Below, in pieces: positions 47,031 to 56,534 of a stretch of DNA of 64,000 nucleotides. Under the pieces are notes generated by a model, which searched no databases, had not been told where the DNA came from, and saw only the letters and a program-made list of their open reading frames with translations. A program made the translations under genes and the position numbers. The stretch's first letter is position 1, and each line of letters starts with the position of its first letter. This stretch comes from Aquabacterium sp. GTDB taxonomy: Bacteria; Pseudomonadota; Gammaproteobacteria; Burkholderiales; Burkholderiaceae_C. The DNA lies in the NCBI RefSeq assembly GCF_048860245.1, contig NZ_JBLIZW010000035.1:5882-69881 (forward strand), written 5' to 3'.

Positions 47031-48518
47031 TTAAGTCGCTGTTGGCAGCCTTCTGTGTGCCCAGGGGCGCGCTTGCTCCAAATGGCTGGCCAGTTGTAGC
47101 AAAGTTGCCTCACCGTTAAGCCCTGCGACAAACTGCACACCCAGTGGCATGCCGTCGGGCGTCCAGTACAGCGGCACCGACATGGCCGGGCGACCCGTCA
47201 GGTTGGCCAGTTGGGTATAGGGCGTCCAACCCAGATTCTGCAGAATGGTCTGTTTGAACGACGCGCTTTGACTCAAGGGGCCGGCGAGCCCCAGCCTGGC
47301 CACCACGTCTCCCGCCATTTCCAGTGCCTTGGGGGTTTGCATGCTGCCGATCGGCACGGCCGGGCCATTCAGGGTGGGGGACAGCCACAGATCGTGCTGA
47401 CTGTGGAACATTGCCAAACGCTTGATGTGATCGTTCCACCGGGCCTCGCAGGCCATGAGCTCCACGCCCGAGATACTCCGACCCACTGCGGCCATGAGTC
47501 GCGTATCGGGTTCGAAGTCGGCTAAGCTCGCGCCGGTAGCCTTGCAAATGGCGTCCACAAAGTACGCTTGAGAGCAGAACCATGCTTTCAGAAAGTCTTC
47601 GGCCAGTTGCACACCATCGAACGGCGTGTCCACGGGCGTCACGATGTGTCCCATGTCGGTCAGCAGTTTGGCTGCATCTTCGACGGCCGCGACGGCCTGC
47701 GGGTCAACCGGGTTACCCAAAGGAGATTGCGTGGTGAAGCCAATGCGCAGACGTTTGGGGGCCTGATGGATGACCTGAGCGTAGGGAACACTGGGGGCCG
47801 GCATGTAGTACGGCGCATGGGGCTCTGGCCCTTGCAGCACATCCAGCATGGCGGCGGTATCTCGCACGGTTCGGGAGACGATGCCTTGTTGTGCCGCCCC
47901 GTTCAGGCCTTCAGCCATCAGCGGGCCAATCGAAATGCGCCCGCGGCCGACTTTCAGCCCAAACAGGCCACACGCTGCAGCGGGGATGCGAATCGACCCC
48001 CCACCATCATTGGCGCCGGCCATGGGGACAATGCCTGCCGCCACCGCTGCTGCCGAGCCGCCTGAGGAGCCGCCGGGCGTTCGTTGTGGGTTCCAGGGGT
48101 TGCGTGCCGGCCCGAACGCCAAGGGCTCGGTCACATTCTTGGCGCCGAACTCAGGCGTGTTGGTCTTGCCGAAAATCACCAAACCCGCATGCTTCCAGCG
48201 GCGCACCACGTCGCTGTCTTCCTGGACCACGACTTTGGACATGACCCGGTTGCCCATGGACGAGGGCAGTCCCGCCATGTCCTGAAACAGGTCTTTGACC
48301 AGAAAAGGGACCCCGGCGAAGGGGGCATCGGGCGAAAAAATGGCCCGCGCCTGACGACGCGCCTGTTCGTCCAGACGCATGACAATGGCGTTGAGTTTGC
48401 GGGTGTCGTCGGCTCGCTTGATGGCCGCTTCCAGCAGTTCGCTGGGGTGCACTTCGCCTCGGCGGACCAAGTCCGCCAGGCCGGTTGCGTCGTAGCGTGC
48501 GTATTCGTCGAAGTTCAT
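47031..48518 (-). CDS. Amidase (amidase-signature family)
   Basis: Trimmed to ATG at 48518 (MNFDEYARYDATGL). GGSSGGSAAAVAAG signature. Confidence 0.88.
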   Translation of the reverse strand: MNFDEYARYDATGLADLVRRGEVHPSELLEAAIKRADDTRKLNAIVMRLDEQARRQARAIFSPDAPFAGVPFLVKDLFQDMAGLPSSMGNRVMSKVVVQEDSDVVRRWKHAGLVIFGKTNTPEFGAKNVTEPLAFGPARNPWNPQRTPGGSSGGSAAAVAAGIVPMAGANDGGGSIRIPAAACGLFGLKVGRGRISIGPLMAEGLNGAAQQGIVSRTVRDTAAMLDVLQGPEPHAPYYMPAPSVPYAQVIHQAPKRLRIGFTTQSPLGNPVDPQAVAAVEDAAKLLTDMGHIVTPVDTPFDGVQLAEDFLKAWFCSQAYFVDAICKATGASLADFEPDTRLMAAVGRSISGVELMACEARWNDHIKRLAMFHSQHDLWLSPTLNGPAVPIGSMQTPKALEMAGDVVARLGLAGPLSQSASFKQTILQNLGWTPYTQLANLTGRPAMSVPLYWTPDGMPLGVQFVAGLNGEATLLQLASHLEQARPWAHRRLPTAT

Positions 48519-48567
48519 AGCGGGATAATGCGCACTTTCGCCCTTTTTAGCCCTCCTGTCTAACCCC

Positions 48568-51500
48568 GTGTCTGCACCTGTCATCACCTTTCCGGAATCC
48601 CTACCCGTCAGTGGCAAGCGTCACGAGATTGAGGCGGCCTTGCGTGAGCACCAGGTCATCATTGTGTGCGGTGAAACGGGCTCGGGCAAGACCACACAGT
48701 TGCCCAAGATTGCGTTGGCCATGGGGCGGGGTGGCTGGGGGCAGCCGCGTGATCCGAAGGCGCCGCGCCATTTGCGCCCCAAGCTGATCGGGCACACGCA
48801 GCCTCGACGGATTGCGGCGTCCAGCGTTGCCAAGCGCATTGCCGAAGAGCTGAACTCGCCGCTGGGCGAGGTGGTGGGCTACAAGGTTCGATTCCAGGAC
48901 CGGTTGCAGCCGGGCGCCAGCGTCAAGCTGATGACCGACGGTATCTTGCTGGCCGAAACCCAGGGCGATCCGGACCTGCTGGCCTACGACACACTCATCA
49001 TTGACGAGGCGCACGAACGCAGCCTGAACATTGACTTCCTGCTGGGTTACTTGCGTCAGTTGCTGCCGCGTCGGCCTGATCTGAAGATCATCGTCACCTC
49101 GGCCACGATTGATGCCGACCGGTTTGCCAAGCACTTTGAATCGGCCAAGGGGCCAGCGCCGGTCATCATGGTGTCGGGTCGCCTGTTCCCGGTTGAGCAG
49201 CGCTACCGTCCTTTTGAGGAGAGCCGTGAATACGGTTTGAACGAGGCCATCACTGACGGGGTGGATGAACTGTGGCGCGAGGCGGGTTCGGGCGGGCAGG
49301 GCGACATCCTGGTCTTCTTGCCGGGCGAGCGCGAGATCCGCGAGGCGGCCGACCACCTGCGCAAACACCTGGCGCACGATCGCACCGTGGCCGAAGTGCT
49401 GCCCCTGTTTGCCCGCCTGAGCCAGCAAGAGCAGGACCGGGTGTTCCAGACCGGCGGCCCCAAGCGCATCGTGCTGGCCACCAACGTGGCCGAGACCTCG
49501 CTGACGGTGCCGGGCATCCGCTACGTGATCGACGCCGGCCAGGCGCGGGTCAAGCGCTACAGCTTCCGCAACAAGGTGGAGCAACTGCAGGTCGAGCCGA
49601 TCAGCCAGGCCGCAGCCAACCAGCGTGCGGGTCGATGTGGCCGGGTGGCCAACGGCATCTGCATCCGTCTGTACGACGAGAAGGACTTCAACGCCCGCCC
49701 GCGCTTCACGGATCCCGAAATCTTGCGCAGCTCGCTGGCTGGGGTGATCCTGCGGATGAAGTCGCTGCACCTGGGGCACGTGGAAGATTTCCCGTTCATT
49801 GAGCCACCTTTGCGCAAGGCGATTGCCGACGGCTATCAGCTGCTCAACGAACTGGGCGCGGTCGACGACAACAACGAGATCACCAAGCTGGGTGCCGACC
49901 TGGCGCGTCTGCCGCTCGACCCGCGTGTGGGCCGCATGATTCTGGAGGCCAAGGACCGCGAGGCCTTGTCTGAGGTGCTGATCATCGCCGCCAGCCTGAG
50001 CGTGCAAGATGTGCGCGACCGGCCCATCGAGCAGCAACAGCAGGCCGACCAGAAGCACAAGCAGTTTGATGACGAGCGATCCGAGTTCATGGGCACGCTC
50101 AAGCTGTGGAAGTGGCTGGATGAATCGCGTGGGGGACATGGTCACCACGAGCCCGGTCAGCCCGAAAAGCACAAGCTCAGTCACCGCAAATACGAAGCCC
50201 TGCTGCGAGACAACTTCATCAACCCGCGCCGCGTGCGCGAGTGGAAAGACGTTTACTCGCAATTGCACACCGTGGTGGCCGAGCACAACTGGCGTCTGAA
50301 CACGGCGCCTGCTACCTACGAGCAAGTGCACTTGTCTTTGCTGTCGGGCTTGCTGGGCAACATCGGCTGCAAGAGCGATGACGACGAGTGGTACCTCGGT
50401 GCCCGGGGCATCAAGTTCTGGAAGCACCCTGGGGCCAACCTGAGCAAGAAGCCGGGGCGCTGGATTCTGGCTGCTGAACTGGTCGAAACCACCAAGCTCT
50501 ACGGCCGGGGCATTGCCAACATCGACCAACCCTGGTTGGTGCAGATGGGTGGCCATTTGCTCAAAAAGCAGTTGCTCGAACCGCATTGGGAAAAGAAGGC
50601 GGGCGAGGTCGTGGCGCTGGAGCGCGCAACCTTGTACGGCCTGGTGGTCTACAACAACAAGCGCGTCAACTTTGGTCTGGTCAACGTGCGCGAGGCGCGC
50701 GAGATTTTCATCCGCGAAGCCTTGGTCGCTCAGGAATGGGAAACGCGTTTGCCTTTCCTGGCACACAACCGCAAGCTCATCAGCCAGGTCGAGCAACTCG
50801 AGCACAAGTCGCGCCGGCAAGACGTGCTGGTGGACGAGCACCTGATCTACGCCTTCTACGACGCCCAGATCCCGCCCGATGTGATGAGCGGCCACAGCTT
50901 CGAGCGCTGGTACAAACAGGCCAGCCGCGAGAACCCCAAGCTGCTCTACCTCAGCCGTGAAGAGTTGATGCGCCACGAGGCGGCCGGCATCACCAGTGCC
51001 GCCTTCCCGAAATACGTACGCATGGGCGGCGTGGACTGTGCGGCCACCTACCTGCACGAACCCGGCGATGCCCGCGACGGCGTGACCGTGACCGTGCCCA
51101 TCTACGCGCTCAATCAGGTCAGCGAAGAGCGCGGCGAGTGGCTGGTGCCTGGCATGTTGAAAGACAAGGTGTTGGCGCTGGTCAAGAGCCTGCATCAAAA
51201 GCCGCGTGCCCGACTGGTGCCGCTGCCCGACTATGCCGAGGCCTTTGTGCAAGCGGTGGACTTCGGGCAGGGCAGTTTGATGGACGCCTTGCTCAAGGCC
51301 GTGCGCGACAAGACCCAGCTGGATGTGAAGCGCAACGACTTCAAGCTCGACATGCTGTCGCCCCACTTGTTCATGAACTACCGCGTGGTGGATGAGCATG
51401 GGCGCCAACTCGGCATGGGACGCAATCTGGCGGCCTTGAAGGCCGATTTGGGCTCTTTGGCGCGCGGCGCTTTCCAGGCCTTGGCATCGCTCAAAGCCCA

Positions 51501-52518
51501 AGCCGTGGCGCAGCCTGTGAAGGACGGTGGCGCCCATAGCCAAGTCAGCCAGGGCGCATCAGGCGCGTCTGCGTCCGCCAATGCCGGTACGAGTGCAGGC
51601 AAGAGCGAAGGCAAGCCCGGATCAGGGCCGCAGCGTGTGCAGGGGCAGTCGCCCAAGCCGCCAGCGGCCACGCAAACCTTCACCGACTGGACCTTTGGTG
51701 AACTGCCTGAGCTGATGGAGATTCAGCGTGGCGGTCATACCCTCATTGGCTTTCCTGCCTTGATCGACAAGGGGCAGCACGTCGAGATCGACATCTTTGA
51801 TGAACCCGATGTGGCCGCCGCCAAGCACCGGTCGGGCTTGCGTCGACTGGTGGCGCTGCAAATCAAAGAGCCATTGAAGTATCTGGAAAAGAACATTCCG
51901 GACCTGCAAAAGATGGCCATGGCTTACATGAGCCTGGGCACCGCCGACGAACTGCGCGACCAGATCATTGCCGTGGCCATGGACCGCGCTTACCTGGCGG
52001 ATCCCTTGCCCACCGATGCCGCCAGCTTCAAGGCGCGGGTGGAAGAAGGGCGCACGCGCCTGAACCTGATCGCTCAGGAAGTGGCTCGTTTGGCGGGCAC
52101 CATTCTGGTTGAATACGCAGCTGCCACCCGCAAGCTCAAAGATGCCAAGCCACCCAAGGATGTGGCCGATGACATCGCCGGGCAACTGCAGCGCCTGATG
52201 CCCAAGCGCTTTGTGGCGCAGACGCCTTACGTGCAACTGCAACACTTCCCGCGCTATCTGAAGGCGATCACCTTGCGTTTGGACAAACTCAAGGGCGATC
52301 CTGCGCGCGATGCCCAGCGCATGACCGAGCTGCGTCCGCTGGACCAGCGCTACACCCGTCGTCTGGCAGAACTCAAAGGCGTACTGGATGCCCGCACAGA
52401 CGAGTTCCGATGGCTGCTGGAAGAGCTGCGTGTGAGCCTGTTTGCACAAGAGTTGCGCACGCCGCAGCCGGTCAGCATCAAGCGACTGGAAAAAGCCTGG
52501 TCGCAGATTTCGGCTTGA
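48568..52518 (+). CDS. hrpA: ATP-dependent RNA helicase HrpA
   Basis: 1316 aa. DEAH-box helicase motifs (GETGSGKTTQLPK, DEAHERS, SATID, TNVAETSLT, QRAGRCGR) and a long HrpA-type C-terminal region. GTG start. Confidence 0.92.
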   Translation: MSAPVITFPESLPVSGKRHEIEAALREHQVIIVCGETGSGKTTQLPKIALAMGRGGWGQPRDPKAPRHLRPKLIGHTQPRRIAASSVAKRIAEELNSPLGEVVGYKVRFQDRLQPGASVKLMTDGILLAETQGDPDLLAYDTLIIDEAHERSLNIDFLLGYLRQLLPRRPDLKIIVTSATIDADRFAKHFESAKGPAPVIMVSGRLFPVEQRYRPFEESREYGLNEAITDGVDELWREAGSGGQGDILVFLPGEREIREAADHLRKHLAHDRTVAEVLPLFARLSQQEQDRVFQTGGPKRIVLATNVAETSLTVPGIRYVIDAGQARVKRYSFRNKVEQLQVEPISQAAANQRAGRCGRVANGICIRLYDEKDFNARPRFTDPEILRSSLAGVILRMKSLHLGHVEDFPFIEPPLRKAIADGYQLLNELGAVDDNNEITKLGADLARLPLDPRVGRMILEAKDREALSEVLIIAASLSVQDVRDRPIEQQQQADQKHKQFDDERSEFMGTLKLWKWLDESRGGHGHHEPGQPEKHKLSHRKYEALLRDNFINPRRVREWKDVYSQLHTVVAEHNWRLNTAPATYEQVHLSLLSGLLGNIGCKSDDDEWYLGARGIKFWKHPGANLSKKPGRWILAAELVETTKLYGRGIANIDQPWLVQMGGHLLKKQLLEPHWEKKAGEVVALERATLYGLVVYNNKRVNFGLVNVREAREIFIREALVAQEWETRLPFLAHNRKLISQVEQLEHKSRRQDVLVDEHLIYAFYDAQIPPDVMSGHSFERWYKQASRENPKLLYLSREELMRHEAAGITSAAFPKYVRMGGVDCAATYLHEPGDARDGVTVTVPIYALNQVSEERGEWLVPGMLKDKVLALVKSLHQKPRARLVPLPDYAEAFVQAVDFGQGSLMDALLKAVRDKTQLDVKRNDFKLDMLSPHLFMNYRVVDEHGRQLGMGRNLAALKADLGSLARGAFQALASLKAQAVAQPVKDGGAHSQVSQGASGASASANAGTSAGKSEGKPGSGPQRVQGQSPKPPAATQTFTDWTFGELPELMEIQRGGHTLIGFPALIDKGQHVEIDIFDEPDVAAAKHRSGLRRLVALQIKEPLKYLEKNIPDLQKMAMAYMSLGTADELRDQIIAVAMDRAYLADPLPTDAASFKARVEEGRTRLNLIAQEVARLAGTILVEYAAATRKLKDAKPPKDVADDIAGQLQRLMPKRFVAQTPYVQLQHFPRYLKAITLRLDKLKGDPARDAQRMTELRPLDQRYTRRLAELKGVLDARTDEFRWLLEELRVSLFAQELRTPQPVSIKRLEKAWSQISA

Positions 52519-52534
52519 GTGCGCGTGGCTGAAA

Positions 52535-53134
52535 TCAGGGCTGCAGGGCTGTGCTGATCTGGCCGGCCAGTTGGGTGGTCAGACGGGTCAGCGCGCTCGC
52601 GTAGGCCTGGGCGGTGCCGTCAGGCAGGGGCTCGGTCACGGTGAGGCGGGTCAGCCGAATGGGCGTGGTTTGACGGGGGCTGCTCAACCACCACACCACC
52701 GATGCCTGAACTTGGCCGATGTCGCGGCGCGCATCCAGCGCATCAAACCTGACATGAAGGGTCGGGGTGGTGGGGGCGCTCACATCGCAGGGTGCTGCGC
52801 AGACGGCCCTGTGTTTGGACAAAGCTTGGGTCAACTGCCTTGTCAGTCCAATCTCCAGACGTTCTGCCCAGCGGGCATCAGGCCATTCAGCCAGTGTGGC
52901 CGCGCCATCGCGGTAGCGAACTCGGCTGCTTTGCAGGTATTCGGGGATGTCCACGCGTGCAACGACCCATTGCGGCTCGATGGTCATCACCGTGCTGGCG
53001 CGGAGGTCGTCAGGTGAGGGCGGCAGTGACAGCAGCGATAAACCGGGCGTACTCTGGTGTGCACAAGCACTCAGCAGCATCAGGCCGCTCAAGAATGTGA
53101 TGGCGCCCAAACCGGGCCCTATCCGTCGACTCAT
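52535..53134 (-). CDS. ABC-transport auxiliary lipoprotein (PqiC/DUF330-like)
   Basis: Lipobox LLSAC. The start overlaps the MCE-protein stop (ATGA). Last gene of the Mla-like operon. Confidence 0.7.
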   Translation of the reverse strand: MSRRIGPGLGAITFLSGLMLLSACAHQSTPGLSLLSLPPSPDDLRASTVMTIEPQWVVARVDIPEYLQSSRVRYRDGAATLAEWPDARWAERLEIGLTRQLTQALSKHRAVCAAPCDVSAPTTPTLHVRFDALDARRDIGQVQASVVWWLSSPRQTTPIRLTRLTVTEPLPDGTAQAYASALTRLTTQLAGQISTALQP

Positions 53135-54105
53135 GGGCGTGTCCTTCCGAAAAGCAGGCTGCTGGGATCTTCGTCCAGTTGGTCGGCAAAAGATCGCATG
53201 GTGCGGGCCGCCTGTGACAAATCTTGTGCGGCACTGTTCAGGTCGGTACGCAAGGCGGAGCCTGGGGCGCTGAACTCGGCCAGGTTGTGCATGGCGCGTT
53301 GCGCTTCTTCCGCAGCTTGGCGAGAAGCCGTCAAGGTCTGGCGCAAACCTGGCTGCGTGTCTTGCAAGGTCTGTTTGGAGACTTCGCTGAGTTGTTGAAT
53401 GGAGGCGAGCGTCAGATTGGCTTGCGTCTGCACCTGTGCCAAGGCCGTTTCGGCTGCCTGCAGGGTCTGGCGGGCTTGCTCGCCGGTGGTGCGCAACTGC
53501 TTGCTGCTGCTTTGAATGGCCGTCTGGCTGACTTTCAGCGTCTGATCCAAGGTCGCCATGGTTTGCCGCAATTCCGCAACCAGATCTCCCAGCGGCAGGC
53601 TTTGAACCTGGTTGAGCAGGGCGTCCAGCTTGTCCTGAACCGTTGGGATCTCGGGCAGCGGTGCTTTGTCGCCAGCCACGAGCACGCCAGGTGTTTCGGG
53701 TCTGAAATCCAGTTCGACGGCCGTTTGTCCGGTGACGATGCTTTGCAGAATCAGGCGTGCACGCAATCCTTTGGATACCAGTTCAGGCAGGTCCACGGCT
53801 TGTGCTGCTTCTCCGGCGCGGCCCAGTTGCAAGGTGTCGGTGCTCAAGGTCAGTCGGACCGGGATGCGTGTGATCAAGGTGCGGGGATCCACCTCGACGC
53901 CAATGTGCGTGACTTCGCCCATCTTGACGCCCCGGAAGGTGACCGGCGCGCCGATGTACAGCCCTTTGACACTGCCACCGAAATACACCATGGCCTGGTG
54001 GCGCTGGGTGAACAGGCTGGACTTGTTCAGCGTCAGAATGCCGCCCACGATCAGTGCCAGCGTCAGCAACAAAAACGACCCAACCCAAAAAGCATGTCGT
54101 TTCAT
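53131..54105 (-). CDS. MlaD/MCE-domain protein with extended C-terminal helical region
   Basis: N-terminal TM helix, an MCE domain (GLYIGAPVTFRGVKMGEVTHIGV), then about 150 aa of Gln/Thr/Ala-rich helical repeats. Confidence 0.8.
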   Translation of the reverse strand: MKRHAFWVGSFLLLTLALIVGGILTLNKSSLFTQRHQAMVYFGGSVKGLYIGAPVTFRGVKMGEVTHIGVEVDPRTLITRIPVRLTLSTDTLQLGRAGEAAQAVDLPELVSKGLRARLILQSIVTGQTAVELDFRPETPGVLVAGDKAPLPEIPTVQDKLDALLNQVQSLPLGDLVAELRQTMATLDQTLKVSQTAIQSSSKQLRTTGEQARQTLQAAETALAQVQTQANLTLASIQQLSEVSKQTLQDTQPGLRQTLTASRQAAEEAQRAMHNLAEFSAPGSALRTDLNSAAQDLSQAARTMRSFADQLDEDPSSLLFGRTRP

Positions 54106-54854
54106 GGCGTCTTGATCTCCTCACGGTGCATGAAGGCGCGAACGGTAGGGTGGTTGCTCTCGTCTCTCATCTTGACAGGGGATCCGTGTGCAATGGGTTG
54201 CTTGCTGTCTGCGTCGAGAAAAATCCCGTCGTCAGCCAAAGCATAGATGCTGGGCAGCTCGTGCGTGACGATGACGATGCCTGCGCCCGTTTTGTCGCGA
54301 ATATCCAGGATCAGTCGATCCAGCTTGTGCGAGCTGATGGGGTCGAGCCCTGCCGAAGGCTCATCCAGAAACAGCATGTGGGGGCGCGCCACGATGGCGC
54401 GGGCCAGTCCCACTCGCTTTTTCATGCCACCGCTGAGGTCCGCAGGCATCCGATCACAGGCTTCCGACATGCCCACCCACGCCAGCACCTCCATCGCGCG
54501 GGCGCGTTGCTCGGCAGGTGAAAGCTGTTGCTGGACTTGCAGGGGCAGCAACACGTTGTCCAGAACCGTCATCGAGGACCAGAGTGCGGCACTCTGAAAC
54601 AGCACGCCAATGTCCGAACGAAGTTGTTTGCGCATGGCATCGTTGCTGCGCCAATAGTCCTGTTCGCCATACATGACCTGCCCGCTGGCGGGCTCCAGCA
54701 AGCCGATCAGGCATTTCATCAAGGTGCTTTTGCCGCAGCCACTGCCACCCATGACGGCCAGAATCTGTCCCGACGCCAGTTCCAGATGGATGTGTTCCTG
54801 CACAAGGGTGTGGCCGTACTGAAGCCGCAGGTCATGGACGCGGAGCAGTGCCAT
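54102..54854 (-). CDS. ABC transporter ATP-binding protein (MlaF-like)
   Basis: Trimmed to ATG at 54854. Walker A GGSGCGKST, signature LSGGMKKR, Walker B LFLDEP. Confidence 0.88.
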   Translation of the reverse strand: MALLRVHDLRLQYGHTLVQEHIHLELASGQILAVMGGSGCGKSTLMKCLIGLLEPASGQVMYGEQDYWRSNDAMRKQLRSDIGVLFQSAALWSSMTVLDNVLLPLQVQQQLSPAEQRARAMEVLAWVGMSEACDRMPADLSGGMKKRVGLARAIVARPHMLFLDEPSAGLDPISSHKLDRLILDIRDKTGAGIVIVTHELPSIYALADDGIFLDADSKQPIAHGSPVKMRDESNHPTVRAFMHREEIKTP

Positions 54855-54855
54855 G

Positions 54856-55611
54856 TCAGATCCCCAGTGCGTCGGCACACACGGCAAACACCGCATCCAC
54901 GGCAATGACGCCCACAATGCCTGTGACCACGGCACGTGTGGTGGCGCGACCCACGCCTTCGGCGTTGCGCGCAGAGGTCAGGCCATGGTGACAAGCCGCC
55001 AGGGATACCAAGGCCCCAAACGCCATGCTCTTGAAAAAGCCCAAGCCCAAGTGGGCGGCAGTCAGTGCGTTCATGCTTCGGTCGAAATAGGCCGCAGGCG
55101 CCAGGTCAAGCAGGGAAGCACTGACGGCGTAACCACCCAGCAAGCCTCCTAAGCATGCAAACAGATAGAGCAGCGGCAGCAACACGAGCAGGGCAAACGC
55201 CCGCGGCAGCACCAGAAAATCCACCGCGTCCAAGCCCAGCACCTCAAGGGCATCCACTTCTTCGTTGGCCTGCATGGAGGCCAACTCTGCGGCGTAGGCC
55301 GCCCCTGTTCGGCCGCACATGACCACCGCAGTGATGACGGCGGCCATTTCTCGGGAAATCGCAATGGCCACCAGATCGGCCACAAAAATGCCCGCACCAA
55401 ACTTGGTCAGTTGCACGGCGCCGACAAACGCGATGATGGCGCCAACCAACACATTGACCACCAGGACGATGGGCAAGGCTCGTGCGCTGGCGTCGGCCAG
55501 CAGTCGTGCAAGATCTTGTGGGCGGAAGCGCCAACCGCCGCGCAGGCCTCTGCCCACGGCGAGTACGGTATCGCCGAGCAAGGCAACGGAGCGTTGAAAT
55601 GCCATGACCAT
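54856..55611 (-). CDS. MlaE-family ABC transporter permease
   Basis: Hydrophobic, about 250 aa, MlaE-like (REMAAVITAVVMCGRTGAAYAAEL). The start is uncertain (55605-55662). Confidence 0.8.
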   Translation of the reverse strand: MVMAFQRSVALLGDTVLAVGRGLRGGWRFRPQDLARLLADASARALPIVLVVNVLVGAIIAFVGAVQLTKFGAGIFVADLVAIAISREMAAVITAVVMCGRTGAAYAAELASMQANEEVDALEVLGLDAVDFLVLPRAFALLVLLPLLYLFACLGGLLGGYAVSASLLDLAPAAYFDRSMNALTAAHLGLGFFKSMAFGALVSLAACHHGLTSARNAEGVGRATTRAVVTGIVGVIAVDAVFAVCADALGI

Positions 55612-55718
55612 GTGAGCGTTATAGCGTGCCCGCATGAGTGCGAAAAGAACACACCAACACAATTGTGAGACGGGTAGTGCACGGAAGATGAAAATCAGGC
55701 TACAATAGCTTTCTCAGT

Positions 55719-55795
55719 CGGGGCGTAGCGCAGCCTGGTAGCGCATCTGCTTTGGGAGCAGAGGGTCGTGAGTTCGAATCCCACCGCCCCGACCA
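55719..55795 (+). tRNA. tRNA-Pro (anticodon UGG)
   Basis: Hand-folded cloverleaf. Acceptor CGGGGCG/CGCCCCG, D-arm GCGC/GCGC, anticodon arm TCTGC-TTTGGGA-GCAGA, T-loop TTCGAAT, encoded CCA. One A:C mismatch in the T-stem. Confidence 0.85.
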
Positions 55796-55803
55796 CTTCT
55801 TCA

Positions 55804-55832
55804 ACGGGCCAACATCGCAAGGTGTTGGCCCG
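55804..55832 (+). terminator. Hairpin downstream of tRNA-Pro
   Basis: ACGGGCCAACA-tcgcaagg-TGTTGGCCCGT is followed by TTCTATTT. Confidence 0.5.
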
Positions 55833-56001
55833 TTTCTATTTCCGGTCGGCGGGCGCGTGCGTCAAGGACGCAGGCCTCAGACCCTGACTCAACTTATCCC
55901 CGTTTTCTGTGGATAAGTGTGTTGGCAATATCGGGGCAAAGTGTGATGAATGAGGCATTCCCCTAGGGGTGAACTTAACTTGCCTCAAAAATAAGCACGC
56001 A

Positions 56002-56286
56002 TCACAAACTTGGTTTGGGTTGAGATGCATCGACTGCTTTATTGACGCATGCCTGGCAAATGCAGGCTTGGCCCTTCTGACTCGGCGGGACGAGCGCGAG
56101 CAGAGATTGTGGGAAATGAACGGGGCGACACCAGCACGGCTGCGACAGATCACCACAGCTTGCCGGGGTGCAAGCGTTGGGGCCACCGCAGATCGGACAG
56201 ACCTGGTTGGGTAAAGCTTGGGGTAAGTTCAAAATGGGATAGTGAGGCTCAATGAGGTGCCCATTGAAGCACGCCCGCGACGGCAA
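56002..56286 (-). CDS. Cysteine-rich CWC-family small protein
   Basis: CPICGGPNAC...CWC...CICQAC cysteine pattern. There is no in-frame ATG. Candidate TTG starts lie at 56286 or 56232, so the N-terminus is uncertain. Confidence 0.45.
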   Translation of the reverse strand: MPSRACFNGHLIEPHYPILNLPQALPNQVCPICGGPNACTPASCGDLSQPCWCRPVHFPQSLLALVPPSQKGQACICQACVNKAVDASQPKPSL

Positions 56287-56458
56287 TCATGATCATGCCC
56301 GTCAGCACCACCAGCCACAGTGAACCACCTTTGCTCTTTCGGCGAGACTTGCGGCGAGTCTGGTGCGTCATCAGTCGAGAATCGTACGAATTGGTCGAAT
56401 GGAACCCCGACGACTCGTCATATTTCTGCTGCCACCATTGCTGATCTTTGTTGTGCAT
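56249..56458 (-). CDS. Hypothetical tail-anchored small membrane protein (69 aa)
   Basis: ATG at 56458 is preceded by a strong GGGGAGA RBS. Basic stretch RRKSRRKSK, then a single C-terminal TM (LWLVVLTGMIMIAVAGVL). Confidence 0.5.
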   Translation of the reverse strand: MHNKDQQWWQQKYDESSGFHSTNSYDSRLMTHQTRRKSRRKSKGGSLWLVVLTGMIMIAVAGVLQWAPH

Positions 56459-56534
56459 GGCTGATCTCCCCAAAACGACCTGCACCGATCAGTTTGCGCT
56501 TTCTGTGACAAATTGTGTATCCCAGGCTTGCGGG

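Noticed and set aside
48601-51543. Very long antisense ORFs in the track. Examples: 980 aa opposite hrpA, 659 aa at 37823-39802, 614 aa at 32378-34222, 531 aa at 14057-15652, 444 aa at 997-2331, 437 aa at 17299-18612, 421 aa at 34241-35506.
   Set aside because: Each lies entirely opposite a gene with unmistakable family motifs. The translations are Arg/Gly/His/Gln-rich with no motifs. This is the typical appearance of stop-codon-poor shadow frames in high-GC DNA.
55719-55795. A:C mismatch in the T-stem of tRNA-Pro. I considered calling it a tRNA pseudogene.
   Set aside because: All other arms, the conserved T-loop, the G53:C61 pair, the anticodon loop and the CCA end are intact. A single non-canonical stem pair is common in functional tRNAs.
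55893-55917. Perfect DnaA-box 9-mer TGTGGATAA (55908-55916), sitting in a 7-bp inverted repeat CTTATCC-N11-GGATAAG downstream of tRNA-Pro.
   Set aside because: A single consensus 9-mer is expected by chance about 0.5 times in 64 kb on two strands under uniform composition. There is no cluster of boxes, no AT-rich unwinding element, and no dnaA/dnaN nearby. It is not enough to call an origin or a datA/DARS-like site.
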